Shown here: piece after piece, positions 17,747-26,773 of the stretch
Layout of the letters: each line of letters starts with the position of its first letter
Position numbering within the stretch: position 1 is the stretch's first letter
Program-made: the position numbers and the translations under genes
Assembly: GCA_029261835.1 (NCBI GenBank)
Contig: JAJDAO010000026.1
Span: forward strand, 260,666-324,665
Source of the DNA: Deltaproteobacteria bacterium
GTDB taxonomy: Bacteria; Myxococcota_A; UBA9160; UBA4427
Length of the DNA: 64,000 nucleotides
Direction of reading: 5' to 3'
The notes under the pieces: model-generated
Databases searched by the model: none
What the model saw: the letters and a program-made list of their open reading frames with translations, nothing else
What the model was told of the DNA's origin: nothing

Positions 17747-19240
17747 ATGAGTCTGAATCTGGGGACCATTCTAGCGGCGAGCAGCCTGGAACGGCCCGGC
17801 GATGTCGTGCTTCGCCTCGGCGATGCGACGATGACCTATGCGGAGCTGGATCGCGCGGCCCGAGGTGTGGCGACCGGCCTGCGCAGGCGTGGGGTCAAGC
17901 CGGGTGACACGGTGGCGCTGCTCGTTCCGAACGTCCCCGATTTCACGATCGCGTACTTCGGCATCCTCTATGCGGGTGCCACTGTGGTTCCGATCAACGT
18001 CCTGGCATCGGCGGTGGAGGTCGCTTACTTCCTGAATGATTCTCAGGCTCGGCTTCTGATCGCCCACTCATTCTTCGAGGAGCCCGGTCGCGGGGGGGCC
18101 ACCGATGCGGACGTCCCCTTCGTGATCGCCGGTGGTGACGGACCCGATACGCTGAGCGAGATGTCCCAGTGCGATCCGATCGACGCCATCCATGCGACTG
18201 CGGCCGGCGATACCGCGGTCATCCTCTACACGTCCGGGACGACCGGTCATCCCAAAGGCGCTGAGCTGACTCATTTGAATCTATTCCTCAACTGTGCCTT
18301 CGTGGTGCCCAAGCTCGCACCGATCGGCACCGGCGAGGTGCGGTCAATGGCGGCGCTGCCGCTCTTTCATTCCTTCGGACAGACCTGCATTCAAAACGCC
18401 ACGATCGCGGCCGGCGGCTCGTTCAGTCTGATACCGCGCTTCGACGCCAAGACCGCTTTCGAGATCATCGAGCGCGACAAGATCAACTTCTTCGCCGGTG
18501 TTCCGACCATGTACTTCGCCTTCCTCCACTACGAGGGAGATCGCAGCTACGACATCTCGAGCCTTCGTTTCTGTTTGACTGGCGGCGCGCCGATGCCCGT
18601 GGACGTGATGAGCGCCTTCGAGAAGAAGTATCCGGTGAAGATTCTCGAGGGCTTTGGCCTCTCGGAGACATCGCCCATAGCGAGCTTCAGCGTGCTCGAG
18701 AAACCCCGCAAGGCCGGCTCGATCGGCTACCCGGTCTGGGGAGTCCACATGTCGATATTCGACGACAACGACCAGCCGCTGCCCGATGGAGAGCGAGGCG
18801 AGATCTGTATCCGCGGGCACAACGTCATGAAGGGCTATCTCAACCGACCCGAGGCGACCGAAGAGGCACTCAAGGGGGGGTGGTTCCACTCGGGCGACAT
18901 CGGCTATCGCGACAGCGATGGGTGCTACTGGATCGTCGACCGCAAGAAGGACATGATCCTGCGCGGCGGCTTCAACGTCTATCCGCGTGAGGTAGAGGAG
19001 GTTCTCTACCAGCACGAGCAGGTCATCGAGGCGGCCGTGATCGGTGTCCCGCACGAGAGCCACGGAGAAGAGGTGAAGGCGGTCGTCGCGCTCGCGGCGG
19101 GTGGGAGCGTGAGCCAAGACGACCTGATCGCTTTCTGCAAGGAGCGCCTGGCGGCCTACAAGTATCCGCGCATCATCGAGATCAGCGATGGCCTGCCCAA
19201 GGGGCCGACAGGGAAGATCCTCAAGCGCGAGCTCCGCTAG
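17747..19240 (+). CDS. long-chain-fatty-acid--CoA ligase (AMP-binding enzyme)
   Basis: It carries the AMP-binding motif ILYTSGTTGHPKGAELTH, plus GFGLSET, WFHSGDIGYRDSDGCYWIVDRKKDMI and PKGPTGKILKREL. The start is at MSLNLG (ATG 17747); the upstream 129 codons of the track ORF are antisense to the PPIase gene. Confidence 0.92.
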   Translation: MSLNLGTILAASSLERPGDVVLRLGDATMTYAELDRAARGVATGLRRRGVKPGDTVALLVPNVPDFTIAYFGILYAGATVVPINVLASAVEVAYFLNDSQARLLIAHSFFEEPGRGGATDADVPFVIAGGDGPDTLSEMSQCDPIDAIHATAAGDTAVILYTSGTTGHPKGAELTHLNLFLNCAFVVPKLAPIGTGEVRSMAALPLFHSFGQTCIQNATIAAGGSFSLIPRFDAKTAFEIIERDKINFFAGVPTMYFAFLHYEGDRSYDISSLRFCLTGGAPMPVDVMSAFEKKYPVKILEGFGLSETSPIASFSVLEKPRKAGSIGYPVWGVHMSIFDDNDQPLPDGERGEICIRGHNVMKGYLNRPEATEEALKGGWFHSGDIGYRDSDGCYWIVDRKKDMILRGGFNVYPREVEEVLYQHEQVIEAAVIGVPHESHGEEVKAVVALAAGGSVSQDDLIAFCKERLAAYKYPRIIEISDGLPKGPTGKILKRELR

Positions 19241-19406
19241 CCCTGGGATAGGACACCGGCCGTCGCGCAGCCCCTCCCGACGCTGGACGTCGTGACCGGC
19301 GCGCGCGATGAGAGCGCTTGATCGATCGGGTGCGTGAGGCGTGACCTCATTCGTCACACACGCGACTTATTAAGACGACGTGTGAGCGGCGAGAGGAGAG
19401 ACGGGA

Positions 19407-19736
19407 GTGGACGAGTATCGAGGGATCCAGAGAACGAGCGAAACCATCGAGACGCTCGAGACGAGAGCAGCGGAATCGATCGCTTCCGCGAGATTCCGTA
19501 TCGACGCCAGTGAGAGCACCTGCTGCCCCGTCTGTGGCAGCCGGAACATTTCGCGCGACGCGGTGCTGGAGCAGGGACTGCTCCAGCTGGCCGAATGCCG
19601 TCGCTGCGATCAGCGCTGGACTTGGCGAGAGCCGCAGCTCTTCGTTGGGCGAGCGGTTCGCTCTGCGGCCGTGCAGGTCGAGGATGATGCTTCGCCCGGC
19701 TTGCGGGTGGCACGAGAGGTTCAGAGCGCTGCGTGA
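19407..19736 (+). CDS. small zinc-ribbon protein, unknown function
   Basis: The GTG start is preceded by AGGAG with an 8-nt spacer. It has a four-Cys arrangement, CPVCG-(21 aa)-CRRC. It ends 12 nt before the first ArsA-like gene on the same strand. Confidence 0.55.
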   Translation: MDEYRGIQRTSETIETLETRAAESIASARFRIDASESTCCPVCGSRNISRDAVLEQGLLQLAECRRCDQRWTWREPQLFVGRAVRSAAVQVEDDASPGLRVAREVQSAA

Positions 19737-19748
19737 TACCGTCGCAGC

Positions 19749-20957
19749 ATGAGGCTTGTGCTCTACACGGGTAAGGGGGGCGTCGGGAAGACGACGACGG
19801 CGGCTGCCACCGCGGCTTGGGCGGCCGAACGCGGGCTTCGCAGCCTGGTGGTGTCCGCCGATGCGGCCCACAGCCTGGGAGACGTCCTCGAGCGGCGGCT
19901 CGGCCCGGAGCCGACACCCCTCTCGGTCAGACTGAGCGCCGTCGAGATCGACGCGCGGGTCGAGCTGGGGCGTCACTGGGGACGGATCAGCGAGTATCTC
20001 GTCGCGCTGTTTCGCTACCAGGGCATCGAAGAGGTGGTGGCGGAGGAGCTCGCGCTGTTGCCCGGCGCGGAGGAGATCGCGACGCTGCAAGCCGTGGAGG
20101 AGTACGCCCGCGACGCGGCATACGATTTGGTGGTCGTCGACTGTGCTCCCACCGACGCCGCGCTGCGGCTCGTCACCCTGCCCGAGGTCAGCCGCACCGC
20201 GGTTAGGATCGTGCTGAAGCTGCAGCGGGCCCTGGCGGCGGTCGTGACGCCGCTGGCCAGCGGTGTGCTGCCCGTGCCGCTGCCGGATTCCGCCGTCTTC
20301 CGCGACGTCGAGCGCCTGCTGTATCGCACACTGCGGCGGCTGAAGGCTCGTCTCGTATCGCGCGAGACCAGCGTGCGCATGGTGGTGACACCCGAACGAA
20401 TGGTGATCGACGAAGCGCGTCGGGCGTTCACTGAGCTCTCCTTGTTCGGCCTGGCCTGCGACCTCGTCGTGATGAACCGTGTGCTTCCCGAGGCAGCGGT
20501 CGAGGAGGATTTCTTCAGCGACTGGGGCCGCATTCAGCAGCAGCGGCTCACCGAGGTGGGCGAGTTCTTCGCCCCCGTTCCGGTGCTCTGCGCGCCACTG
20601 CAGGAAGACGAGGTCACCGGGTTGGCCCGCCTCTCGGCGCATGCCGCCGAGATCTTCGGCGCCGAGGATCCCGCGAGTCTGCTCTCGCGCGCGCAGGCCG
20701 TGCGTTTCGTGAAGCGGCCGCTGGGCTATCGCATCCACATCCCGCTGCCGGGTGCAGGTGAGGCGGAGCTCGATGTGGCCAAGCTGGACGACGAGCTACT
20801 GGTCAGGGCGGGTGCGCGCCGCCGCGCGCTCAAGCTCCCCGGGCGCATCGCCGCCTGCAAACTGACGGACGCGAGCCTGGGCGATGGTGAGCTGGTGGTC
20901 TGTCTCGATACAGTCGAGGTGCCACCGGCCGATTCGGCTGCTGCGGTCGAGGGGTGA
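19749..20957 (+). CDS. ArsA/Get3(TRC40)-family ATPase with HSP20-like C-terminal domain, paralogue 1
   Basis: It has the deviant Walker A YTGKGGVGKTT, plus SADAAHSLGDVL and DCAPTDAALRLVTLPE. The C-terminal beta-rich tail reads YRIHIPLPGAGEAELDVAKLDDELLVRAGARRRALKLP...GELVVCL. Confidence 0.88.
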   Translation: MRLVLYTGKGGVGKTTTAAATAAWAAERGLRSLVVSADAAHSLGDVLERRLGPEPTPLSVRLSAVEIDARVELGRHWGRISEYLVALFRYQGIEEVVAEELALLPGAEEIATLQAVEEYARDAAYDLVVVDCAPTDAALRLVTLPEVSRTAVRIVLKLQRALAAVVTPLASGVLPVPLPDSAVFRDVERLLYRTLRRLKARLVSRETSVRMVVTPERMVIDEARRAFTELSLFGLACDLVVMNRVLPEAAVEEDFFSDWGRIQQQRLTEVGEFFAPVPVLCAPLQEDEVTGLARLSAHAAEIFGAEDPASLLSRAQAVRFVKRPLGYRIHIPLPGAGEAELDVAKLDDELLVRAGARRRALKLPGRIAACKLTDASLGDGELVVCLDTVEVPPADSAAAVEG

Positions 20958-20958
20958 C

Positions 20959-22119
20959 ATGCGGGTGCTGCTGCACACCGGCAAGGGCGGCGTCGGCAAG
21001 ACCACCCTCTCGCTCGCTACCGCGCTGGCGGCGGCGCGTCATGGCCACCGGGTGTGCGTGCTCTCCAGCGACGCAGCCCACAGCCTGGCTGACGCTCTCG
21101 GGCGCCCGGTCGGCAACAGACCCGTGTCGATCAGCGACGGCGTCATGGCTCGCGAGGTCGGGGTACTCGAGGAGCTCGATCGAAGTTGGTCGGAGATCCA
21201 GCGCTGGCTGAGGGAGCTGCTGCGCGACGAGACCGACGAAGTGGTGGCCGAGGAGCTGTTGGTATTCCCCGGCCTCGAGGAGCTGCTCGCATTGCGTGCG
21301 GTGCGAGAGGTAGAGGCCAGCGGCGAGTTCGACGTCTGCATCGTCGACTGTGCGCCCACCGGCTCGACGCTGCGAATGCTGCGCTTTCCGGACGCGTTGC
21401 GCATCTTCATGGATCACTTCTTCGATCTGGAGCGCCGCGGCGCTCGCTTGCTGCGCCCCCTGGCGCGGCGCATGGGGGCCGAGCGGCTGTTGCCGGGGGA
21501 GGGCTTCTTCGCCGCTTTCGAGCAGCTCTATCGCGATGTCGAGGAGGTGCAGCAGATTCTCCTGGACGGCGATCGCACGAGCGCGCGGCTGGTCGTGAAC
21601 CCGGCGCGGGTCGTGGTGGACGAGACGCGCCGCTCCTTTGCCTACCTGAGCTTGTACGGTGTCGTGACCGACGCGGTGCTGGTCAACCGGCTGCTGCCCG
21701 ACGAGGCGGGCAAAGGCTACTTCTCCCGCTGGGCGCAGCACGAGCGGCAGGAGCTGGAAGCCATCGAGCAGTCCTTCCCCGTCCCCATCTTCCACGCCCC
21801 GCTGCGCGCGCGCGAGCCCATCGGCGTGGCGGCACTGGCCGAGTTGGCGAACGATCTCTTCGGGCAGCGCGATCCCAGCGACATGCTGGTGCGCACGCGG
21901 CCAATTCGTCTACGCAAGCGCGGCCGCCACACACTGCTGGAGATCGATCTCGGCGGCGGTGCCGAGCACGAGGTCGACGTGTTGGTGGCGGGCGTTGAGC
22001 TTCACATTCGCGTGCGGGACGCCAGACGCCGGATCGCGCTACCCGCCTCACTCGAAGGGCGCGCGGTCGAGGAGGCCAGCCTGCGAGGGGGCGTGCTCGA
22101 GGTGCTCTTCGAGCCTTGA
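20959..22119 (+). CDS. ArsA/Get3(TRC40)-family ATPase with HSP20-like C-terminal domain, paralogue 2
   Basis: The ATG lies 1 nt after the stop of paralogue 1. It has HTGKGGVGKTT, SSDAAHSLADAL and DCAPTGSTLRMLRFPD. The C-terminal tail reads HTLLEIDLGGGAEHEVDVLVAGVELHIRVRDARRRIALP...GVLEVLF. Confidence 0.88.
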   Translation: MRVLLHTGKGGVGKTTLSLATALAAARHGHRVCVLSSDAAHSLADALGRPVGNRPVSISDGVMAREVGVLEELDRSWSEIQRWLRELLRDETDEVVAEELLVFPGLEELLALRAVREVEASGEFDVCIVDCAPTGSTLRMLRFPDALRIFMDHFFDLERRGARLLRPLARRMGAERLLPGEGFFAAFEQLYRDVEEVQQILLDGDRTSARLVVNPARVVVDETRRSFAYLSLYGVVTDAVLVNRLLPDEAGKGYFSRWAQHERQELEAIEQSFPVPIFHAPLRAREPIGVAALAELANDLFGQRDPSDMLVRTRPIRLRKRGRHTLLEIDLGGGAEHEVDVLVAGVELHIRVRDARRRIALPASLEGRAVEEASLRGGVLEVLFEP

Positions 22120-22576
22120 GTGGGGAGAATGGCACTCGCCCGGCACTGCAGCGGCGAGCCCGCGAGCGAGGTTCGCTGGGCCTGCGCGCTTTCGGCTGAT
22201 AGACGCTGCCCGGGTGTCGTGGTACGGTCCGCCCGTCGGGCCTAGAACTCGGGTATTTGAATCTCGACTTGCGCATCCGGCTGTTTCAATGGGGGGGCGT
22301 TTCGGATTGGCGAAGTCATTCTTTCGTGTGGATTGCCCCTCGGCTGATTGGCTGAGCCGGTCTGCGCGATACCCCGCGGACGATTCAGGGGGGGAATCGC
22401 TTGCCTCAGGCGTCAAGACCCGACGTCTCCATCCCGATGAGGGTCGGGCAGGCTGTCGGCAAGTTGTCGAACGAGCGGCCTGGATCACCAGCGGAATCAG
22501 CCGTTTGTAGGGGGCCAGGCGTCCTTTGCGCCGGTGGGATGCCGGTTTCATCGGTTGAGCGAGGTTTGTAAGCGAG

Positions 22577-24049
22577 ATGGCAACGTTCAAATCGAATCGG
22601 GAACTGTGGTTGCGGTGGGGCGGGGCGGTTCGAGCCGTGCTCATCGCGTTGCTCCTACCGCTCGGGCTGCTCGGGGCCGGGAGCGTGGCGGCATCGGAGG
22701 TAGTCGACCTGCGCGTTGGCTCTCATCCGGAGTTCACGCGGGTCGTCTTCGAGCTCGATACGCCGACCGGCTACCGCATTGAGCGCGCTTCGCCCGAGCC
22801 CGGCGTATCGGAGCTGGTCGTATCGATCGATGCCAGCTCGATTCCGCGCAAGATCCAGTCGACGAAGTCGTTGATCGGCCTGGTGCGGATCACGCCGAAT
22901 GGTGATCGCGCGGTGGCACGGATTCGCCTGAATCACGCCGGCCTGCGCCTCAAAGAGATGATCCTCGCCAACCCGCCGCGCATCGTGCTCGATGTGCTGG
23001 CACCCGTCGTCGCAGCGAAGAAGGCGCCGGCGCCGGCTGTCGTGAAGGCGCCCAAGCCGGTGCCTCCGAAGCCCAAGGTGCTGCCTAAGGAAGCACCGCC
23101 CGTGCGCCGCGCCGCGCCCGAGTTGGCGCCGCCCGTCGCGCCCGAGCCGGAGAAGCCGAAGGCCCGCAGCGTGACCATGGCCAAGCCCAAGGCCAAGCCC
23201 GTCGTGCCCGCCGCGGAGCCCAGCGAAGGCGGTATCCCCAGTATGGGGATGGAGCCCAAGCGCGCAGCTGCGTCCTCGCCTTCCGCCAGCCCCGAAGGCG
23301 CCGAGAAGGTCGCTGAGCAGCCCGCGCGACGCGTCGAGCAGAAGCCGACGCCCGCGCCTGCGAAACGACCGCCGCTCGCCCGGCAGCCATCGAAGACGCT
23401 GGCGAAGAAGCTTCCGCGCGCGCCGAGCGAGCAGAGCGCCTCCTCGGGTGTGGGAACCGTGGGGGTCGTTCTTGCGGCGGTTGGCGTGCTGGTGCTGGTC
23501 GTGTTCCTGGCGCAGCGCCGACGCCGCAGCGCCGCCGATGAGCCAGAGGCAGATGGGTTCGCAGGGAGCGACGACAATCCCTTCAGCAGTCTATTGTCGA
23601 CGGCCGACTCCGCCGCCGACGGTGCGTCCGGCGAGATGGGATTTGGCGGCGTGGAGCAAGAGGTCGACGCAGTAGAGGTCAAAGAAGCCGAACCGGTCGA
23701 TGAGCCGGTTCGCAGAGGCGGCAGCATGGAACTCGATGGAGCGCAGACAGTGGTGACCGGCGTGGGCGCGGCCCCCGTGATCGGGAGCGTCGACGTGGCG
23801 AGTGGGCTTGGCGGTAGTGAGGAGGTGAGTCGGATGGTCCAGGAGTTCGAGCGTCGGATTGCCAGTTTGGAGACTCGCCTGGACGAGGTTGTCGATGCCC
23901 GCGAGCGTCTCGAACGCCAGGTTTCGGCTCAGACCGAAGAGCTGCGTGTGCAGCGTGCCGCGATTGCCCGCACGCAGCGGGCAGTGCGCAACCTCAGCCG
24001 TCCGGACGAAGATGGACCGACGGAGCCCGCCCTGCGCGATCCGAGTTAG
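22577..24049 (+). CDS. AMIN-domain bitopic membrane protein with Pro/Ala/Lys-rich linker and C-terminal coiled coil
   Basis: A signal-like N-terminus is followed by an AMIN-like domain (VVDLRVGSHPEFTRVVFELDTP...LANPPRIVLDVLAP). Next comes a PAPK-rich low-complexity linker, then a TM (VGVVLAAVGVLVLVVFLAQRRRR). The tail is acidic and ends in a heptad-like segment (RIASLETRLDEVVDARERLERQVSAQTEELR). Confidence 0.7.
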   Translation: MATFKSNRELWLRWGGAVRAVLIALLLPLGLLGAGSVAASEVVDLRVGSHPEFTRVVFELDTPTGYRIERASPEPGVSELVVSIDASSIPRKIQSTKSLIGLVRITPNGDRAVARIRLNHAGLRLKEMILANPPRIVLDVLAPVVAAKKAPAPAVVKAPKPVPPKPKVLPKEAPPVRRAAPELAPPVAPEPEKPKARSVTMAKPKAKPVVPAAEPSEGGIPSMGMEPKRAAASSPSASPEGAEKVAEQPARRVEQKPTPAPAKRPPLARQPSKTLAKKLPRAPSEQSASSGVGTVGVVLAAVGVLVLVVFLAQRRRRSAADEPEADGFAGSDDNPFSSLLSTADSAADGASGEMGFGGVEQEVDAVEVKEAEPVDEPVRRGGSMELDGAQTVVTGVGAAPVIGSVDVASGLGGSEEVSRMVQEFERRIASLETRLDEVVDARERLERQVSAQTEELRVQRAAIARTQRAVRNLSRPDEDGPTEPALRDPS

Positions 24050-24920
24050 CAGCCAGCTCCAGTGCCCCAACCGCTCCCGTGAATCCGCCCTGCGGAAGCA
24101 ACACGGGCGTGAGCCCGAGCATGCTCGTGACGTTCGTGAGGATCGCCACGAGTGTGGGGTTCTCGAGCAGCGTGGCGCCGCCGTAGACGACGCGTTCTGT
24201 CTCGGCCCCGCGCGCCAGACCGGCGCAGATGAGCGCCACATTCTCACCGACCAGGCCCATCACCGCGGCGGCCAGGTCCTCGCGTCGCGATGGGTCTATG
24301 GCTTCCGCCGTGCCCGCCTCATCGCTTTGCGGCGTCAGCCAGCGCGCCAGATTGCCGAAGCAAGCGGCCGTGATCTCACCCGGCAGCGGGATCTCGTTGG
24401 GCTTGTAGATGTCCGAGACCAAGAGGTCGACGTTGCCCCGCTTGCCCCGTTGAGCCAAGCGACAGAGCTCTTCGTAGCTCTTGCAGCCGGTGAGAGCGAC
24501 GCCCAGGCCGAGGATCGTGCCGCCGCCGAGAGCCGTCCCCCCGAGTCGCAGCGCATGGCCCTCCGCCACGCGCAGAATCGAAGTGCCCGTTCCGAGCGAA
24601 ACCAGCAGATAGGGCTCGCGAGTGCCGGTCGGCTGCGCGCTCAACAGCTGGTGCGCCCCAGCTCCCCAGGCCTCGAACTCGATGAACCTTCGCGTCGGCA
24701 GGTCGAGCTGCTGCTCCAGGCGCCCGGCCCCGCAGCCGGTCAGGCCCACGCTGCCCGGCGACAGGTCGCGAATCCCGCGCGCCACGGTTTCAAGCGCGCC
24801 CGCCGGCAGCAGGTCGAAGCTGAACTCCCCGCCTGGCCGCCGCGTCGCCAGCTTGGCAAGGGTTGCGCCAACGTCCACCCCCACCGCCGGCCCGCTTTGC
24901 CGATCCTCTTTCTGAATCAA
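23994..24920 (-). CDS. coaW: type II pantothenate kinase (Fumble/CoaW family)
   Basis: The match to the staphylococcal CoaW pattern is strong from memory: VGVDVGATLAKL, SLGTGTSI, GGTALGGGTILGLG, VDLLVSDIYKPNEIPLPGEITAACFGNL, VMGLVGENV and QGGFTGAVGALEL. Confidence 0.85.
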   Translation of the reverse strand: MIQKEDRQSGPAVGVDVGATLAKLATRRPGGEFSFDLLPAGALETVARGIRDLSPGSVGLTGCGAGRLEQQLDLPTRRFIEFEAWGAGAHQLLSAQPTGTREPYLLVSLGTGTSILRVAEGHALRLGGTALGGGTILGLGVALTGCKSYEELCRLAQRGKRGNVDLLVSDIYKPNEIPLPGEITAACFGNLARWLTPQSDEAGTAEAIDPSRREDLAAAVMGLVGENVALICAGLARGAETERVVYGGATLLENPTLVAILTNVTSMLGLTPVLLPQGGFTGAVGALELAANSDRAGRAPSVHLRPDG

Positions 24921-24952
24921 TCAGTTACACTCGCCGTCAGGTCGATACCCCG

Positions 24953-26773
24953 ATGTATACCGCTTTCTATGGACTTCGCGAGAAGCCCTTCGCTCTGAGC
25001 CCGAATCCCCGCTACCTGTACCTCGCCGAATCGCATCGCGAGGCGCTGGCGCACCTGCTCTACGGTCTCGAGCAGGGCGAGGGCTTCATCGTGATCAGCG
25101 GTGAGGTGGGCACTGGCAAGACGACCATCTGCCGCAGCCTGCTCGAGCGTCTCGGAGGCGAGAGCGAGGTCGCCTTTCTCTTCAACCCGAGCCGCAACGC
25201 CAACGAGCTGCTTCAGTCGATCAATGAAGAGCTCGGGCTGCCCGCCGATGGCCTCAGTCGGCGGGAGATCCTGTCGCGACTCAACCACTTCCTGCTCGAG
25301 AAGAAGCGGGAGTCGCGTCGCGTCATTCTGATCATCGATGAAGCGCAGAATCTGTCACCCAGCACGCTGGAGCAGGTTCGCCTGCTCTCGAACCTGGAGA
25401 CCGCTTCTTCCAAGCTGATCCAGATCATTCTGCTCGGACAGCCGGAACTCGATGAGAAGCTGGACTCCGACGAGCTGCGTCAGCTGCGGCAGAGGATCAG
25501 CGTTCGCTGGTGCCTCGAGCCACTGCCCCAGCCCGACACGTTCGCGTACGTGTGTCACCGGCTGCGAGTGGCAGCCGGAGCCGAGCGCGAGGTCTTCGCC
25601 GACGCCGCACTGCGGGAGATCCACCGACGCACGGGCGGAGTCCCGCGCTTGATCAATCTGCTATGCGACAGAGTGCTGCTCGCGGGCTACGCCGCCCAGG
25701 CGCATCGCATCGGCCCCACGCTGGTCAGGCAGGCAGCCGCCGAGCTGCCCGCCATGACCGCGCGCGGTGCAGAGCCGCGCGGTGTGCGCCGACGGCCGTT
25801 CGTCACGGCCGCGGCTGCCGCGGCGGTCATGTTCGCGCTGTTTTGGTTCGGCTGGCTGAGCGGCGCCGATCTCCCAGCCGGACTGGCCGGCCCGGCGCAA
25901 CAGAGCGCCGCGCCAGGCGCGTCTGTTTCCGACGTGGCCAGTCCCCCGCCGAGCATGGCCTCGCAGGCCGATTCGGCCCGCGCGTCAGCCGCGTCGGCGC
26001 GACTGTCCGAGACGGACCAGACCTTCGAGCCGTCGCCGCTGAAAGGCGAAGAGATCTGGCTCGGGCTGCCCGGCGGCGGCGCCGACGTGATGGGAGCTCG
26101 CCTGGTGACTGGCGACGGCGGGTTCCTCGCGAAGCTGCTGGCCGGTTTCGACTACACGACCAGCGCGACATCGGCCGTCGTGGCCCTGCTCGAGCCCTAC
26201 GGGCATTCGGCGGCGGGTGCCGACCCGCGGTCCGCCGACGAGGCTCGGGCACAGCTCATCGCTGCGGGGATGGCCGTCATGAGCTTCGAGCGGACGAGCT
26301 TCGAGCAGCTTCGCGATCTCGACTACCCGGCGTTGATTGAGCTAGACGCGGCCGACGGTCAGCTGAGGCTGGTCGCTCTGGTTCGTCTGGAGAGTGAGAT
26401 CGCCGAGCTGGCGGGCATCGCCGGTCATGGCTCGCTGCGCGTGCCGCTCGCAGCGCTGGAGCAGCGCTGGAACGGCAGCGCGGACGTCGTCTGGCGACCG
26501 TTCGAGCCGATTCCGCCCATTCTCGGCCGCGGCGACCCAGGCGATCGCGGCGACGCCGTGCTCTGGCTGCAGCGGGCTCTCGGCCGGCTCGGGCACCTCG
26601 ATGGTCCGGTCTCCGGTGTCTACGACGAGGATACACGCGAGGGCGTACGCCGCTTCCAGCGCAGCCGCCGGCTCGAGCCCGATGGTGTTGCGGGTCCGCT
26701 GACCCAGATGGCTCTCTACGCCGAGCTGGGAAGCTATTCCCCGCCGCAGCTCAGCGACGGGGAGGCGGGATGA
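24953..26773 (+). CDS. gspA: ExeA/GspA-like AAA ATPase with C-terminal peptidoglycan-binding domain
   Basis: The N-terminus reads MYTAFYGLREKPFALSPNPRYLYL...GEVGTGKTTICRSL...IIDEAQNLS...LLGQPEL. A TM segment follows. The C-terminal PG_binding_1-like repeat reads VLWLQRALGRLGHLDGPVSGVYDEDTREGVRRFQRSRRLEPDGVAGPLT. Confidence 0.85.
   Translation: MYTAFYGLREKPFALSPNPRYLYLAESHREALAHLLYGLEQGEGFIVISGEVGTGKTTICRSLLERLGGESEVAFLFNPSRNANELLQSINEELGLPADGLSRREILSRLNHFLLEKKRESRRVILIIDEAQNLSPSTLEQVRLLSNLETASSKLIQIILLGQPELDEKLDSDELRQLRQRISVRWCLEPLPQPDTFAYVCHRLRVAAGAEREVFADAALREIHRRTGGVPRLINLLCDRVLLAGYAAQAHRIGPTLVRQAAAELPAMTARGAEPRGVRRRPFVTAAAAAAVMFALFWFGWLSGADLPAGLAGPAQQSAAPGASVSDVASPPPSMASQADSARASAASARLSETDQTFEPSPLKGEEIWLGLPGGGADVMGARLVTGDGGFLAKLLAGFDYTTSATSAVVALLEPYGHSAAGADPRSADEARAQLIAAGMAVMSFERTSFEQLRDLDYPALIELDAADGQLRLVALVRLESEIAELAGIAGHGSLRVPLAALEQRWNGSADVVWRPFEPIPPILGRGDPGDRGDAVLWLQRALGRLGHLDGPVSGVYDEDTREGVRRFQRSRRLEPDGVAGPLTQMALYAELGSYSPPQLSDGEAG

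Noticed and set aside
19347-21795. Long minus-strand ORFs (463 aa and 321 aa) antisense to the ArsA-like genes
   Set aside because: Their composition is low-complexity and Arg/Gly/His-rich, and the plus strand carries unambiguous P-loop ATPases.
22291-22315. GGGGGGCGTTTCGGATTGGCGAAG, superficially like a tmRNA 5' end
   Set aside because: No tag-peptide reading frame (ANDxxYALAA-type), no T-arm and no CCA-proximal 3' end were found downstream. SRP RNA, RNase P and 6S consensus blocks are also absent.
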